Below the pieces are notes generated by a model. It was not told where the DNA came from. It searched no databases and was given only the letters and a program-made list of their open reading frames with translations. This document shows, in pieces, positions 18,407 through 27,969 of a DNA stretch of 64,000 nucleotides (within the stretch, counting starts at the first letter, position 1; each line of letters starts with the position of its first letter). Both the position numbers and the translations under genes were made by a program. The DNA comes from Candidatus Poribacteria bacterium (GTDB taxonomy: Bacteria > Poribacteria > WGA-4E > JAJDTR01), in contig CBDCTK010000002.1 of assembly GCA_965222225.1 (NCBI GenBank), positions 3,456,001 to 3,520,000 on the forward strand, given 5' to 3'.

Positions 18407-19207
18407 ATGATTAATAACGATCAGGTAAAGTTCTTTTGGGAACACGGTTATCTACACATCCCGCAGGTTTTCACGCCCGAAGAAACAGATGAATTGACCA
18501 GCGAACTTGATTGGCTCATTGATAAATGGGCAAATATTACCCCGGGCTGGTCCGGCCCTTGGCGTCGAAAGTACATGGATGCGGAAACCGAGAAAAAATC
18601 CAAACTGATTGCGATGCACGATTTGTCATTCTATTCCGAGGCGTGGATGAAAGCCGTCACCAATCCCGGTCTATGCGATGCGATGGCTGCCCTGCTAGGT
18701 CCCCGTGCAGAACTTCATCATAGTACCATGCACGTCAAACCGCCGGAAACCGGACATCCATTCCCCATGCACCAAGATTGGGCGTTCTACAAGCATCGAG
18801 ATGGTCGCTATGTCGATCTGTTAGCCCACCTTGATGATACCTGTCACGAAAACGGTGAAATCCGCTTCCTTGATGGGTCGCATAAGGGCGGCGCCCTGGA
18901 ACATATCACCCGGAATCCTGACGGTACGACCTGCACGCCGCATCTGCCTACCGACCAATACAAGCTGGAAGATTCTCTCGCTGTCCCCGCCAAACGAGGC
19001 GATGTCGTATGTTTTAGCCTCCATGCCATCCACGGATCCTACATCAACCAAACAGACAAGAACCGTCGTCTCGTGCGGTTCGGATACCGCCATCCTGAGA
19101 ACGAGCAGTTTGAAGGCCAGAGTTTGGGAAGACCGGGTCTGATGGTTCGCGGCAGTCGCAGACGGGGGATTCATCAGGAGTTGTTTACCAACACGGGACC
19201 TAGATGA
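18407..19207 (+). CDS. PhyH-family dioxygenase
   Basis: FWEHGYL, PMHQD, FLDGSH, GDVVCFSLHAIHGS. Confidence 0.92.
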   Translation: MINNDQVKFFWEHGYLHIPQVFTPEETDELTSELDWLIDKWANITPGWSGPWRRKYMDAETEKKSKLIAMHDLSFYSEAWMKAVTNPGLCDAMAALLGPRAELHHSTMHVKPPETGHPFPMHQDWAFYKHRDGRYVDLLAHLDDTCHENGEIRFLDGSHKGGALEHITRNPDGTTCTPHLPTDQYKLEDSLAVPAKRGDVVCFSLHAIHGSYINQTDKNRRLVRFGYRHPENEQFEGQSLGRPGLMVRGSRRRGIHQELFTNTGPR

Positions 19208-19337
19208 GTTTAACATTTACAGGACAGGTATTGAAGATATTATCATTCTCCCCGTGTTCCGGAATTGTCCTGTTTAGAACTTGCTTCAAATCCATTTTCG
19301 CGTAAAATCATATGCCCTGAAACCGATGAAATGAGAT

Positions 19338-19372
19338 CAAGCGAGTGGATAACGAGCGCGATAGAGATCCCT
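19338..19372 (+). repeat. 35-nt dispersed unit inside a degenerate GAAACCGA...TCGGTTTC palindrome
   Basis: GAT|CAAGCGAGTGGATAACGAGCGCGATAGAGATCCCT|T. Confidence 0.8.
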
Positions 19373-19407
19373 TCTTTCTTCAGAGCTCGGTTTCTTCCGC
19401 AATCACT

Positions 19408-19432
19408 GTAGGAGCGATCTCCGAATCGCGAC
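19408..19432 (+). repeat. Intact GTAG-type REP
   Basis: GTAGGAGCGATCTCCGAATCGCGAC, identical to 32933-32957. Confidence 0.85.
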
Positions 19433-19483
19433 CTCTGCATATTTGAAAAAGCAGTTTCGACGTTTCCGACGAAGGAGACAAGA

Positions 19484-19726
19484 ATGGAAGTGAATAAGGA
19501 TGTCATCATTAGCATGGCGATTGAGACGTGGCGTTTTAGACGGGTTTCTGAGCGTTTGATCGCCAAGCTTGAAACCGGCGAGCAACAGCGATACCAAAGC
19601 CAGTTGCGATGGTTCGAGAAGAAACTGGAGGAGTTTCTGGTGCAGGTTGGTTGGCAGATTGTTGATGTCGAAGGACAGCCCTTCGATCCGGGCATGGCTG
19701 CCACTCAAAAACTCGGAACAAGCTGA
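19484..19726 (+). pseudogene. Probably truncated GrpE-like protein
   Basis: AAGGAG RBS; helical N-terminus, then IVDVEGQPFDPGMAAT (GrpE-type G..FDP motif), ending 6 codons later. Confidence 0.55.
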
Positions 19727-22088
19727 AAAAATCTGTGAATTACTAAAGTCATCCGAAGGGAATTTAGGCGCGTTGGACAAACTGAAGCAAGTCCAAAATC
19801 GTCTCGGCGCAGATGAGCTGATGCCAATCGCCAAATGCAACGTGCTTGCCGCCGGGCTGTCGCGCCTGCCAGTTTGCCCCTCAGATGAGATAGCGACATG
19901 GCTTTTTGAACTTGCTTGGATATCCGAGGATATCAACGCAGAAGAGGTTCGCGCGGTCATCAATACGGATCGCAACGTAGCCGGTTTCCCAAGGGCAAAC
20001 CTACCACATATAGAAGCGGAAATCCAGAATCTCCGAGACTATTATCGACAGGTCATGACATCGGCCCTGGGTAATCTATCCGTTGATGAACGCGCCGAAG
20101 CACTGAACCGGGTAGTCGAACCAGCAACTGACGACGAGAAGCCAACACCTCGCTTGATTGATCGCTTGGTTGACTGGTATGAAGTAGATGCCAACGCATA
20201 TCTTGAGGAGCATGAAACCAAAATCCGGGAATTAGACGAGAAACTCCGATTGGCGGCTGATGAGAAGCATCCGGATTCAGCTCTTGCCGCGTTGATAAAT
20301 CAACTCACTGATGCCATCAACAACTGGCATGCCGTTGCACACCCAATACAGATTAGCAAGAAAATCAAAGGGTTACCTGATGAAGATAGCACGCGTGTAG
20401 CGTGGCGCGTGCGAGACTTGGCAATCCATCTCTTCCATGATTATAGCAAGTTAAGTTTCTGTCAGCAACTTATAGTGATACTCCAAGCGGTGTTCGCAGA
20501 GGTTGTCGAAATTTCTGAAGTTCTTGCTAAGCACACAAGGGAATTAGAGAAAATCACTGGGGTGCGTACGCCGAAAGCACCTAATTCAACCGTTGGGAGG
20601 CGTGAATTGCGCGCGCGCCGAGATATCGAAATACGGGTCCGAAAACTGCGGAAGCTGCTTACCGCCGCGGATTCAGACATGGATTTCATTTTGGCTCTGG
20701 AGAATGGGTTACTCATTCAGTCTGTCAAAAAATGGAAAAACTTGACACAACCAATTACGGCATCGAATGCAGATTGTCGTCATGTCGCAAATCTTGTGAG
20801 AGAATTGGCGCTTTTTCTTTGGAAGGAACACGGTGAACTTGGTGTTTCTCTCCAGCTTCTAAAGATGCTCCAAGAGGAGTTTGCAAGAGTGCGCGAAATT
20901 GCCGCTATTATTGCCGGGGACCTAAAGGCACTAGAAGCGTCAAAGCGTGCGCGCATACAGGTTCAGATTCAGGTTCAGGCTGAGAAACTGCGCGCCGCCG
21001 CTGATGCGAAACAACCCGACTCCGTCTTGAGTGAGATGGTTAACCATCTTATTCAGGCGGTCAATGAATGGGAAACTTTAACACAACCATTTGAGTCATA
21101 CCGCGCAGATTATTATAGCGTGGCAAATCTTGCGATAGAATTGGCGCTCTACCTTTGGCGCGAATGCGGCAAGCTTGATTGTTCGCGCCAACTCCTAAAA
21201 ATGCTCCAGAAAGTATTTGCAGACGTTCATGAAATCGCGACTCTTATATCTGGGGACATAAAGGCGTTAGAATCGCCAGAACGCGCACGTCTAGATGTTA
21301 AAGTCCAGGCTGAGAAACTGCGTGCCGCCGCTGATTCGAAACAACCCGACCCCGTCTTGAGTGAGATGGTTAACCAACTCATTCAGGCGGTCAATGAATG
21401 GAAAGCGTTGGCTCAACCGATTAAAGCGTATTCTGCAGATTATTATCATGTGGCGTATCTCGTGCAGGAATTGGCACGTCATCTTCTGGAGGAACACGGA
21501 AAGCTTGATAATTCTCGTCTTCTCTTTAAGATGCTGCAACAAGAATTTGCGGAGGTTGACCAAATCGCGGCTCTCGTGGCTGAGCACCTAGATGCGCTAG
21601 AGGCTGTAGAGAGTGCATGTCGACATATTGAAATACAAGTCAAGGGACTGCGCGACATCGTTTATGCGAAACACTACCATCCCGATTTGAGTCCGATGGT
21701 AAACCAACTCATTCAGTCTGTCAAAGGATGGAGAGAACTGGCGCAACCGATTAAGGCATATTGTGGAGATTATTGCAGTGTGGCGAAGCTTGTCTTGGAA
21801 TTGGCGGTAAACCTTCGGAACAAAGGAAAACTCCGTTCTTCTCGTCAACTCACCGAGATGCTGCAGGATATATTCGGAGAAATCCCCGAAATTGCCACTC
21901 TTCTTGCTGAGGACGCCAAAACACGAGATGAGACTGTCAAGAAGCACGCACCCCGAGTCGCTAAGGAGCGGTCACGCCGGATTGGAGCTGCGATGGGTCG
22001 CTATGAGCTTACCGACCGGTCCACGCTAATCGTTGCGGTTATAGTAATTGGCACAGTGGCAGGTTTGACGTTAATGGAATTGTTCTAA
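19692..22088 (+). CDS. Large helical repeat protein with a C-terminal TM anchor; 5' end probably lost
   Basis: Open frame 19569-22088 overlaps the GrpE-like gene; five ~110-aa repeats; C-terminal LIVAVIVIGTVAGLTLM. Confidence 0.65.
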   Translation, partial: AWLPLKNSEQAEKICELLKSSEGNLGALDKLKQVQNRLGADELMPIAKCNVLAAGLSRLPVCPSDEIATWLFELAWISEDINAEEVRAVINTDRNVAGFPRANLPHIEAEIQNLRDYYRQVMTSALGNLSVDERAEALNRVVEPATDDEKPTPRLIDRLVDWYEVDANAYLEEHETKIRELDEKLRLAADEKHPDSALAALINQLTDAINNWHAVAHPIQISKKIKGLPDEDSTRVAWRVRDLAIHLFHDYSKLSFCQQLIVILQAVFAEVVEISEVLAKHTRELEKITGVRTPKAPNSTVGRRELRARRDIEIRVRKLRKLLTAADSDMDFILALENGLLIQSVKKWKNLTQPITASNADCRHVANLVRELALFLWKEHGELGVSLQLLKMLQEEFARVREIAAIIAGDLKALEASKRARIQVQIQVQAEKLRAAADAKQPDSVLSEMVNHLIQAVNEWETLTQPFESYRADYYSVANLAIELALYLWRECGKLDCSRQLLKMLQKVFADVHEIATLISGDIKALESPERARLDVKVQAEKLRAAADSKQPDPVLSEMVNQLIQAVNEWKALAQPIKAYSADYYHVAYLVQELARHLLEEHGKLDNSRLLFKMLQQEFAEVDQIAALVAEHLDALEAVESACRHIEIQVKGLRDIVYAKHYHPDLSPMVNQLIQSVKGWRELAQPIKAYCGDYCSVAKLVLELAVNLRNKGKLRSSRQLTEMLQDIFGEIPEIATLLAEDAKTRDETVKKHAPRVAKERSRRIGAAMGRYELTDRSTLIVAVIVIGTVAGLTLMELF

Positions 22089-22273
22089 AGGGACAGCCGT
22101 TGCCATTTGTACAGGCGAGAAAGGTGAGCGCGGGGAACCGACCTTATAACAATTCTGACGGAAGACCAGCGCGAGAAAATATCTAGAAGGCAGGTCTAGG
22201 CCCCTTCTCTAAAAATTAACTCCGTATTTCACTCAAGGCCCTTGAGTTCAGCCTCCCTCAGATATAAACAAGT

Positions 22274-24145
22274 CTATCTATTCCGATGATACACCCACCA
22301 CTCTATCAGCAGCAGCAATATCCCCAAACACGCCGTATATTTCCAAATCTCGCGATTTACCTCTTGTAGATGATCGGCGGGAGGGGTTCCAGCCGGCCCC
22401 GATTCCGCTCCGTCCACCACGAGTTGTGGCGAAGAAATGCCCGATTCCTGGGAATCAAGAAGATTAACCGCAAATCGCCCCACTTGACGATTGTTAACGG
22501 ACACGGAATACAAGCCCACAAGCGACGTGTCCGCGAAAATGATAGGCGTGGCTCCTGATGAGACAGCCGTTACCGAGTCATCGGGCAATTGAACGGTAAC
22601 GTCATCTTCCGCCTCCGGATCACTGAGCAAGATTTTCACGGGAGTCCCAACCTTAGCAACGTCAGGTTGAACGGTCGTATTCGGGACAGCAAGCCACTCA
22701 AGACAGCGAGACAACAGAATCGGTGCCGAAGGAATCAAGAGCGCGAACCGTGAAGTTTCCAGATTGAACGCATCAAATCCAAATACGACGTACTTACGAT
22801 TGGCGTTTTCCCCAGCCCAGATTAACGCCCCCTCCACGGTTTCGGCTAACGGACTTCCCCAACTTGGCAATTGAGCAACAAGCGATCCTTTGACCGACAG
22901 ATCGATTAACGACACGTCACGCATTATGGTGTGGGTTCGGTCTTGGTAAATCACGTGCACAGGTTCCATCTTCGTTTCGGTAACCGGCATGAACGGTAGT
23001 CCGCCAACAGGGTTCAGAAATATAGCATTCGCATCCGGGAGATTTTCAGGCACGTACCTATCAAAAATTACAGTATCTTGGCTTTCCGCACCCCGATAAT
23101 CTTGGGTCTCAATCTCTGCAAGTCCGATTTTTGCATCCGCTTTAAGCATTTTTGACAATAAGGGCTGGGAACGATCGCTCACAAGCAGAACGCGTGACGG
23201 TGTATGGCGATGAAGAAATGCCCAGGCTGTATTATCCAGAGCAAAATCGTCATCTAGCTCAAGATGGAGGCTGACGACCATTCCGTCAAACCCTTTGTCA
23301 TCAATGGGGAACACAATTGACCGATTTTCCCCTGGGGACAAGATTACTGTTTCATCGTCATACCACCTGCCCCCAACCTCTAGGCGCGCTCGAAATTCCC
23401 GCTCCTCCGATCCGAAATTCCGTAGACCCATAAGTACCTGAAATTGACTTGGTTGATTCGGGTTCCGTGAGACATTGAACTGCACGATTCCCACGTTCTC
23501 TCTCTGAGTCCCTACCACGATTTTTTGGAGCGTTGGCGGGGAATTTGGAAATCCTTGGACATCATCGCCTAGATAGATGATTCCCGTGTTCGCACCCTTT
23601 CCATACGCTGTCGCGGATGAAAAAATTGATTCAAAATCGGGTGATGTGTGTAGTGGGGCTATCTCTTGAACTGCGCGACGCAGTTTCTCTTTATCCGAGG
23701 TAAACCCTTGATGAATGTGGCGAGGCGGGCTAGAAGTGTCCATAATCATCATCTGCCCGTTGACGTCGAGCTGGTTGATGAACTCCAATGCTCGCTTCTT
23801 CGCTATTTCAAAACGGCTTTTCCCCAAATCTGTCGATTGCATACTCGCTGAATTTTCGAGGATAAGAACCGACTGTCCGAATAGGGTGCTGTGGTGGCGA
23901 AAGGCAGGACGGGCAACGGTGACTACAGCTAGGGAAAGAAAAAAGAGTTGCAGGATTAACGGAAAAAAACTGCGAATACGCTGAAACGGAACATTGGCTT
24001 TCATATCCTCAACGGCTTCGAGCCAAAACATCACGCTGGGAACAACGTGACGGTTGCGGCGTAGCTTCAGGAAATGCAGTGACGCCACAAGCGGGATAAA
24101 CGCCAATAGATAGAGTGCCGAAGCGTTCAGGAAGTGCATCTTCAT
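22274..24145 (-). CDS. BatA N-terminal plus vWA domain membrane protein
   Basis: HFLN...LHFLK...VPS..FW...LQL...ARP BatA pattern; ILENSASM MIDAS-like motif; C-terminal LLLIEWW. Confidence 0.88.
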   Translation of the reverse strand: MKMHFLNASALYLLAFIPLVASLHFLKLRRNRHVVPSVMFWLEAVEDMKANVPFQRIRSFFPLILQLFFLSLAVVTVARPAFRHHSTLFGQSVLILENSASMQSTDLGKSRFEIAKKRALEFINQLDVNGQMMIMDTSSPPRHIHQGFTSDKEKLRRAVQEIAPLHTSPDFESIFSSATAYGKGANTGIIYLGDDVQGFPNSPPTLQKIVVGTQRENVGIVQFNVSRNPNQPSQFQVLMGLRNFGSEEREFRARLEVGGRWYDDETVILSPGENRSIVFPIDDKGFDGMVVSLHLELDDDFALDNTAWAFLHRHTPSRVLLVSDRSQPLLSKMLKADAKIGLAEIETQDYRGAESQDTVIFDRYVPENLPDANAIFLNPVGGLPFMPVTETKMEPVHVIYQDRTHTIMRDVSLIDLSVKGSLVAQLPSWGSPLAETVEGALIWAGENANRKYVVFGFDAFNLETSRFALLIPSAPILLSRCLEWLAVPNTTVQPDVAKVGTPVKILLSDPEAEDDVTVQLPDDSVTAVSSGATPIIFADTSLVGLYSVSVNNRQVGRFAVNLLDSQESGISSPQLVVDGAESGPAGTPPADHLQEVNREIWKYTACLGILLLLIEWWVYHRNR

Positions 24146-24247
24146 TGAACTCCCGGCATTCAGCGCAACGCACGGAAAACCGATAAATTAGCGGACTAAA
24201 TACGGTGATTTATAACAAACCACAAGAGGGCAATTCGTGTACGCAAT

Positions 24248-24712
24248 CTAGCGTTCAGTTGCGGGTATATCAGATTCAGCGGTATCTCCTGCCGTATCCG
24301 TTTTGCCCGCCTCTATGTCTTGGACTCGCTGCAACAGATCCTCTGCGTCCAGACGCCCTACTTCTCCATATTTTTTCAACTGCTCGCATTTTTCTCGGGC
24401 TTTATCGTATTCATGTTGCTCAAGATAGATTGTCCCAAGATTCCTGTGCATTTCTCGGAACACCCCGGGCCAATTGCGCGCCGATTCCTTGCTGAGTAAC
24501 TGCGTCGCTTTGGCGATGGCGTTATTGACAACCTCATCAAGCGCCGATTTCTCAGTTTCCGGCAAACTGTTTACGTCCTCGCCGTTTTCTTCCATCTGCT
24601 GGATCTTTTCGTTGTGCTCACGCAGTTGATTAATCGCCTTGTCGCAATCGTTATAGGTCTTTTCAATGCTCAACGCCCCTTCAAAGATTTTTGACAAAAA
24701 TCCCAGTTTCAT
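24248..24712 (-). CDS. Hypothetical helical protein with a TPR-like segment
   Basis: GGAGG RBS before MKLGFLSK; HRNLGTIYLEQHEYDKA. Confidence 0.7.
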   Translation of the reverse strand: MKLGFLSKIFEGALSIEKTYNDCDKAINQLREHNEKIQQMEENGEDVNSLPETEKSALDEVVNNAIAKATQLLSKESARNWPGVFREMHRNLGTIYLEQHEYDKAREKCEQLKKYGEVGRLDAEDLLQRVQDIEAGKTDTAGDTAESDIPATER

Positions 24713-24847
24713 AGAATCCTCCGCAATGTTATGCTTTGTACTGCATTGTTGCCTACCGGGTATTATACCAAATGTAAAAAAATAAGACAATGATCGATAT
24801 GGAAATTGTTGTTCGTACGTTCACTATCCTAGATTACGGGAAAACGG

Positions 24848-24876
24848 TTGCATTTGCCATCAAAACAGGTTAAAAT
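24848..24876 (+). promoter_or_regulatory. Candidate sigma70 promoter of pyrK
   Basis: TTGCAT-17 nt-TAAAAT. Confidence 0.5.
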
Positions 24877-24924
24877 ACGCGAAGTCAGTATCAACTGAAA
24901 TCCCTTTAGAAATCCGTCTGTTCT

Positions 24925-25749
24925 ATGTCAACCTCTACCGTCCCTCACACCGGAAAATTTGACACGCGCACCGAGATTATCTCCAATGAGGAGGTTGCTC
25001 AAGGCCACTATTTGCTATATTGTACCTGTCCGAAAATCGCCGAGAGCGCTCTTCCGGGTCAGTTTGTCCACGTACTAATCTTAGACGATTCGGGGCTTCT
25101 ACTGCGCCGTCCGTTCACAATCTACAGCATCCACGGAACGCGAATCTCAATGTTGTACCAAGTCACAGGGGAAGGTACTGCCATGTTGGCGCAGATGCGT
25201 TCCGGGGCGCCGATTCAAGTTCTTGGTCCCCTTGGCAAGGCGTTCCACATCCCTTCGCGCCTCGAAGCGGCAATTCTCGTAGGAGGCGGTGCGGGAATCG
25301 CGTCGCTAATGCTCCTTGCTGCCGAGCTAAAAAAGGTGGGGATACGAACACTAGGGTTGGTCGGTGCCCTCAATTGCGCGCGTCTCTTATCCGTTTCCGA
25401 CTTACAGCGGATCAACGTTGAGACACATATCGCCACCGACGACGGAAGCGTCGGGCATCGCGGTTTTGTTACGGGAATTCTTGGCGACATTTTAGAACGA
25501 CCTCAGACGCATTCACTCCGAAATCCAACCATCTACGCGTGCGGACCACACGAAATGTTGCATGCGGTTACAAAGATGACGCTTTCTCATCATGCTCCGA
25601 CACAACTCGCTATGGAGAATCGAATGGGGTGCGCACTGGGTGTCTGCCTCGGTTGTGTTTGCAGAGTTCGTACCACCTCCGGCGAGGTTGAATATCAGCG
25701 GGTGTGTACGGAAGGACCGGTGTTTAATGCAGAGGACATTGTCTGGTGA
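24925..25749 (+). CDS. pyrK: Dihydroorotate dehydrogenase electron transfer subunit
   Basis: PGQFV, RRPFT, GPLG, GGGAG, ACGP, MGCALGVCLGC...CTEGPVF. Confidence 0.92.
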   Translation: MSTSTVPHTGKFDTRTEIISNEEVAQGHYLLYCTCPKIAESALPGQFVHVLILDDSGLLLRRPFTIYSIHGTRISMLYQVTGEGTAMLAQMRSGAPIQVLGPLGKAFHIPSRLEAAILVGGGAGIASLMLLAAELKKVGIRTLGLVGALNCARLLSVSDLQRINVETHIATDDGSVGHRGFVTGILGDILERPQTHSLRNPTIYACGPHEMLHAVTKMTLSHHAPTQLAMENRMGCALGVCLGCVCRVRTTSGEVEYQRVCTEGPVFNAEDIVW

Positions 25750-25874
25750 GGTGTATCGTAACGCAAAACGTGTACATTGCTAACGATGACATTTCCGCTT
25801 GCGTCCAAAACGAACCGTGGAACAACATAAGGCGTGTCATGAGTAAAAATCTCATATAGAACTTGGGAGAGCCT

Positions 25875-26999
25875 ATGGAAAGCGCATTCTACGATGAACT
25901 CACAGAAAAAAGTATAAACGGGGAAAGACTTCCTGACGAGTTGTGTCTTGAAATTCTGACCTCGCCGCGTGTCGAACTGCTGCGGTTGCTTGACGCTGCC
26001 TATCAAGTACGAAAAAAATACACCGGCAACGAGGTTCAACTCCATATTATAAACAATGCACAAAACGGGGGTTGTCCGGAGGATTGTCACTACTGCACCC
26101 AAGCGAAATCATCGACCACGGGCATCGAAACTTACCCGGTTAAACCTGAAGCGGAAATTTTGGATGAAGCTCAGCGTGCTTATGAGTCGGGAGCTTACCG
26201 ATACTGCATGGTGTTTGCCGGGCGCGGACCATCGAAATCACGAATTAAGCGGCTAGCGGGATTAATCAAGACCATTAAATCCCAATTTCCAATTCAGGTT
26301 TGCCTCTCCGCAGGACTAATCAATCGCGAAGGGGTGGATATTCTAAAGGATGCTGGATTAGATCGGTTGAATCATAACCTCAATACGTCAGAGGTACACT
26401 ATCCAAATGTTTGCACAACCCACACATACACGGATCGAATGGATACCTTGAAAGCCGCGCGAGAAGTTGGAGTCGAATTGTGCTCGGGTCTAATCGTGGG
26501 TATGGGAGAGAACTCCAAGGACATAGTTGAAGTGGCAAAAACGCTGCGAGAACTCCGCGTTTCTTCGATACCCGTTAATTTTCTTCTTCCTTTTGATGGA
26601 AATGTGTTTTCAGCCGCACCCGATATCACTCCGGACTACTGCCTTCGGGTTCTGTGCCTGTTTCGCCTGTTGAATTCAGACGCGGAGATTCGCGTCGCTG
26701 CCGGTCGTGAAGTCCATCTGCGGAGCATGGAGGTTATGGCTCTCTACCCCGCAAACTCACTCTTTATTGACGGTTATCTGAACGCTAAGGGTGCATCTCG
26801 AGCGCGAACCCTTAAAATGATTCAAGATGCGGGCTTTACCATCAAGGCAGATCAATCTTTGGAACACCTGTTGGAAAGAGAGAAAGAGCGCGGCAAATCT
26901 TTGTCGGTTCTCAATGAGGATAAACCGATGAAAAATCTCAATGAGCTGCGACCAAACTTCCGTGTGAGAGATATTCCTAGAGAGAATGATGGGCTCTAA
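25875..26999 (+). CDS. bioB: Biotin synthase
   Basis: CPEDCHYC radical-SAM motif, NHNLNTS, CSGLIVGMGE, SIPVNFL, IRVAAGRE. Confidence 0.93.
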   Translation: MESAFYDELTEKSINGERLPDELCLEILTSPRVELLRLLDAAYQVRKKYTGNEVQLHIINNAQNGGCPEDCHYCTQAKSSTTGIETYPVKPEAEILDEAQRAYESGAYRYCMVFAGRGPSKSRIKRLAGLIKTIKSQFPIQVCLSAGLINREGVDILKDAGLDRLNHNLNTSEVHYPNVCTTHTYTDRMDTLKAAREVGVELCSGLIVGMGENSKDIVEVAKTLRELRVSSIPVNFLLPFDGNVFSAAPDITPDYCLRVLCLFRLLNSDAEIRVAAGREVHLRSMEVMALYPANSLFIDGYLNAKGASRARTLKMIQDAGFTIKADQSLEHLLEREKERGKSLSVLNEDKPMKNLNELRPNFRVRDIPRENDGL

Positions 27000-27864
27000 A
27001 GTCGTTGTGTTGGTCATTGTTGCAGGTGTATGCGTTTTGCTAATGTTTTTTCACAATCAGGCACAGCGGCTGGTTGACAGCTATAAACCGGCGACAGACG
27101 TTCCGTCATTCGCATTGCCCTACGAATGGGCTGGCAACATCTGCCAAACACCCATTGCAGAGCCGTCTGGAATTACCTTCCACACCATTCGCAAAACAAT
27201 ATTTGTCGTCAGTGATGAAGGTGAACTTCATGAGATGCGGACAGATGGCAGACCGGTAAGATCGCAGTCCCTGAACCAGAATGACTTGGAAGGGATTACC
27301 ATGAATCCTTCAACGGGGTTGCTATATGCCGTTGTTGAAGGTGATGACGCAATTCTCGAAATCTCTCCACAGACCTTTGAGATTACGCGAAAATTCGGGA
27401 TAAATCGCGGATTTGAGGGGCGCGAACTGCTACGAAAAGGCGGGATGGGGCTGGAAGCAATTACCTTCGTTGCCAACGCATCCCATCCGGAGGGCGGAAC
27501 ATTTTGGGTGGGCAACCAATCGTTTAGTTTGAAACCAAATGGCGAACCATCAATCGTTTGTGAGGTCGTTGTCCCACTCTCATCAACCAGTCCGACTCCA
27601 CCGGAAGGCAAGATCATTGCCTTCTTCCCACTCAGCATTATTGACATTTCAGGACTTGAGTACGATTCCTCTCGACACTGCCTTGTCGTTGTTAGCGATA
27701 CGACAAACCTTCTGGTGGAAGTCGTGCGTGATGGAACAGTTTTGCGTCAACATCTGTTGCCCGGTAATGATCAGGAAGGAATTACTCTCGATCATCAGGG
27801 GTTCATGTATATCGCTCAAGAAAATGGCGAGGTAATTAAAATTGAAGACCGGCGAGCCCAATAA
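26989..27864 (+). CDS. SdiA-regulated/YjiK-like beta-propeller protein
   Basis: EPSGIT, DLEGIT, GLEAIT, DISGL, DQEGIT repeats; N-terminal anchor. Confidence 0.8.
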   Translation: MGSKVVVLVIVAGVCVLLMFFHNQAQRLVDSYKPATDVPSFALPYEWAGNICQTPIAEPSGITFHTIRKTIFVVSDEGELHEMRTDGRPVRSQSLNQNDLEGITMNPSTGLLYAVVEGDDAILEISPQTFEITRKFGINRGFEGRELLRKGGMGLEAITFVANASHPEGGTFWVGNQSFSLKPNGEPSIVCEVVVPLSSTSPTPPEGKIIAFFPLSIIDISGLEYDSSRHCLVVVSDTTNLLVEVVRDGTVLRQHLLPGNDQEGITLDHQGFMYIAQENGEVIKIEDRRAQ

Positions 27865-27969
27865 GTGTATTCCGGATGAATCGTGCCAGGGTAGCGCTTT
27901 AAGACATCTCAAGGCTTGCAGCGAATTATGCGGCTATCCTTGAAGGGAGGATGACCAAAGCAACCAGAG

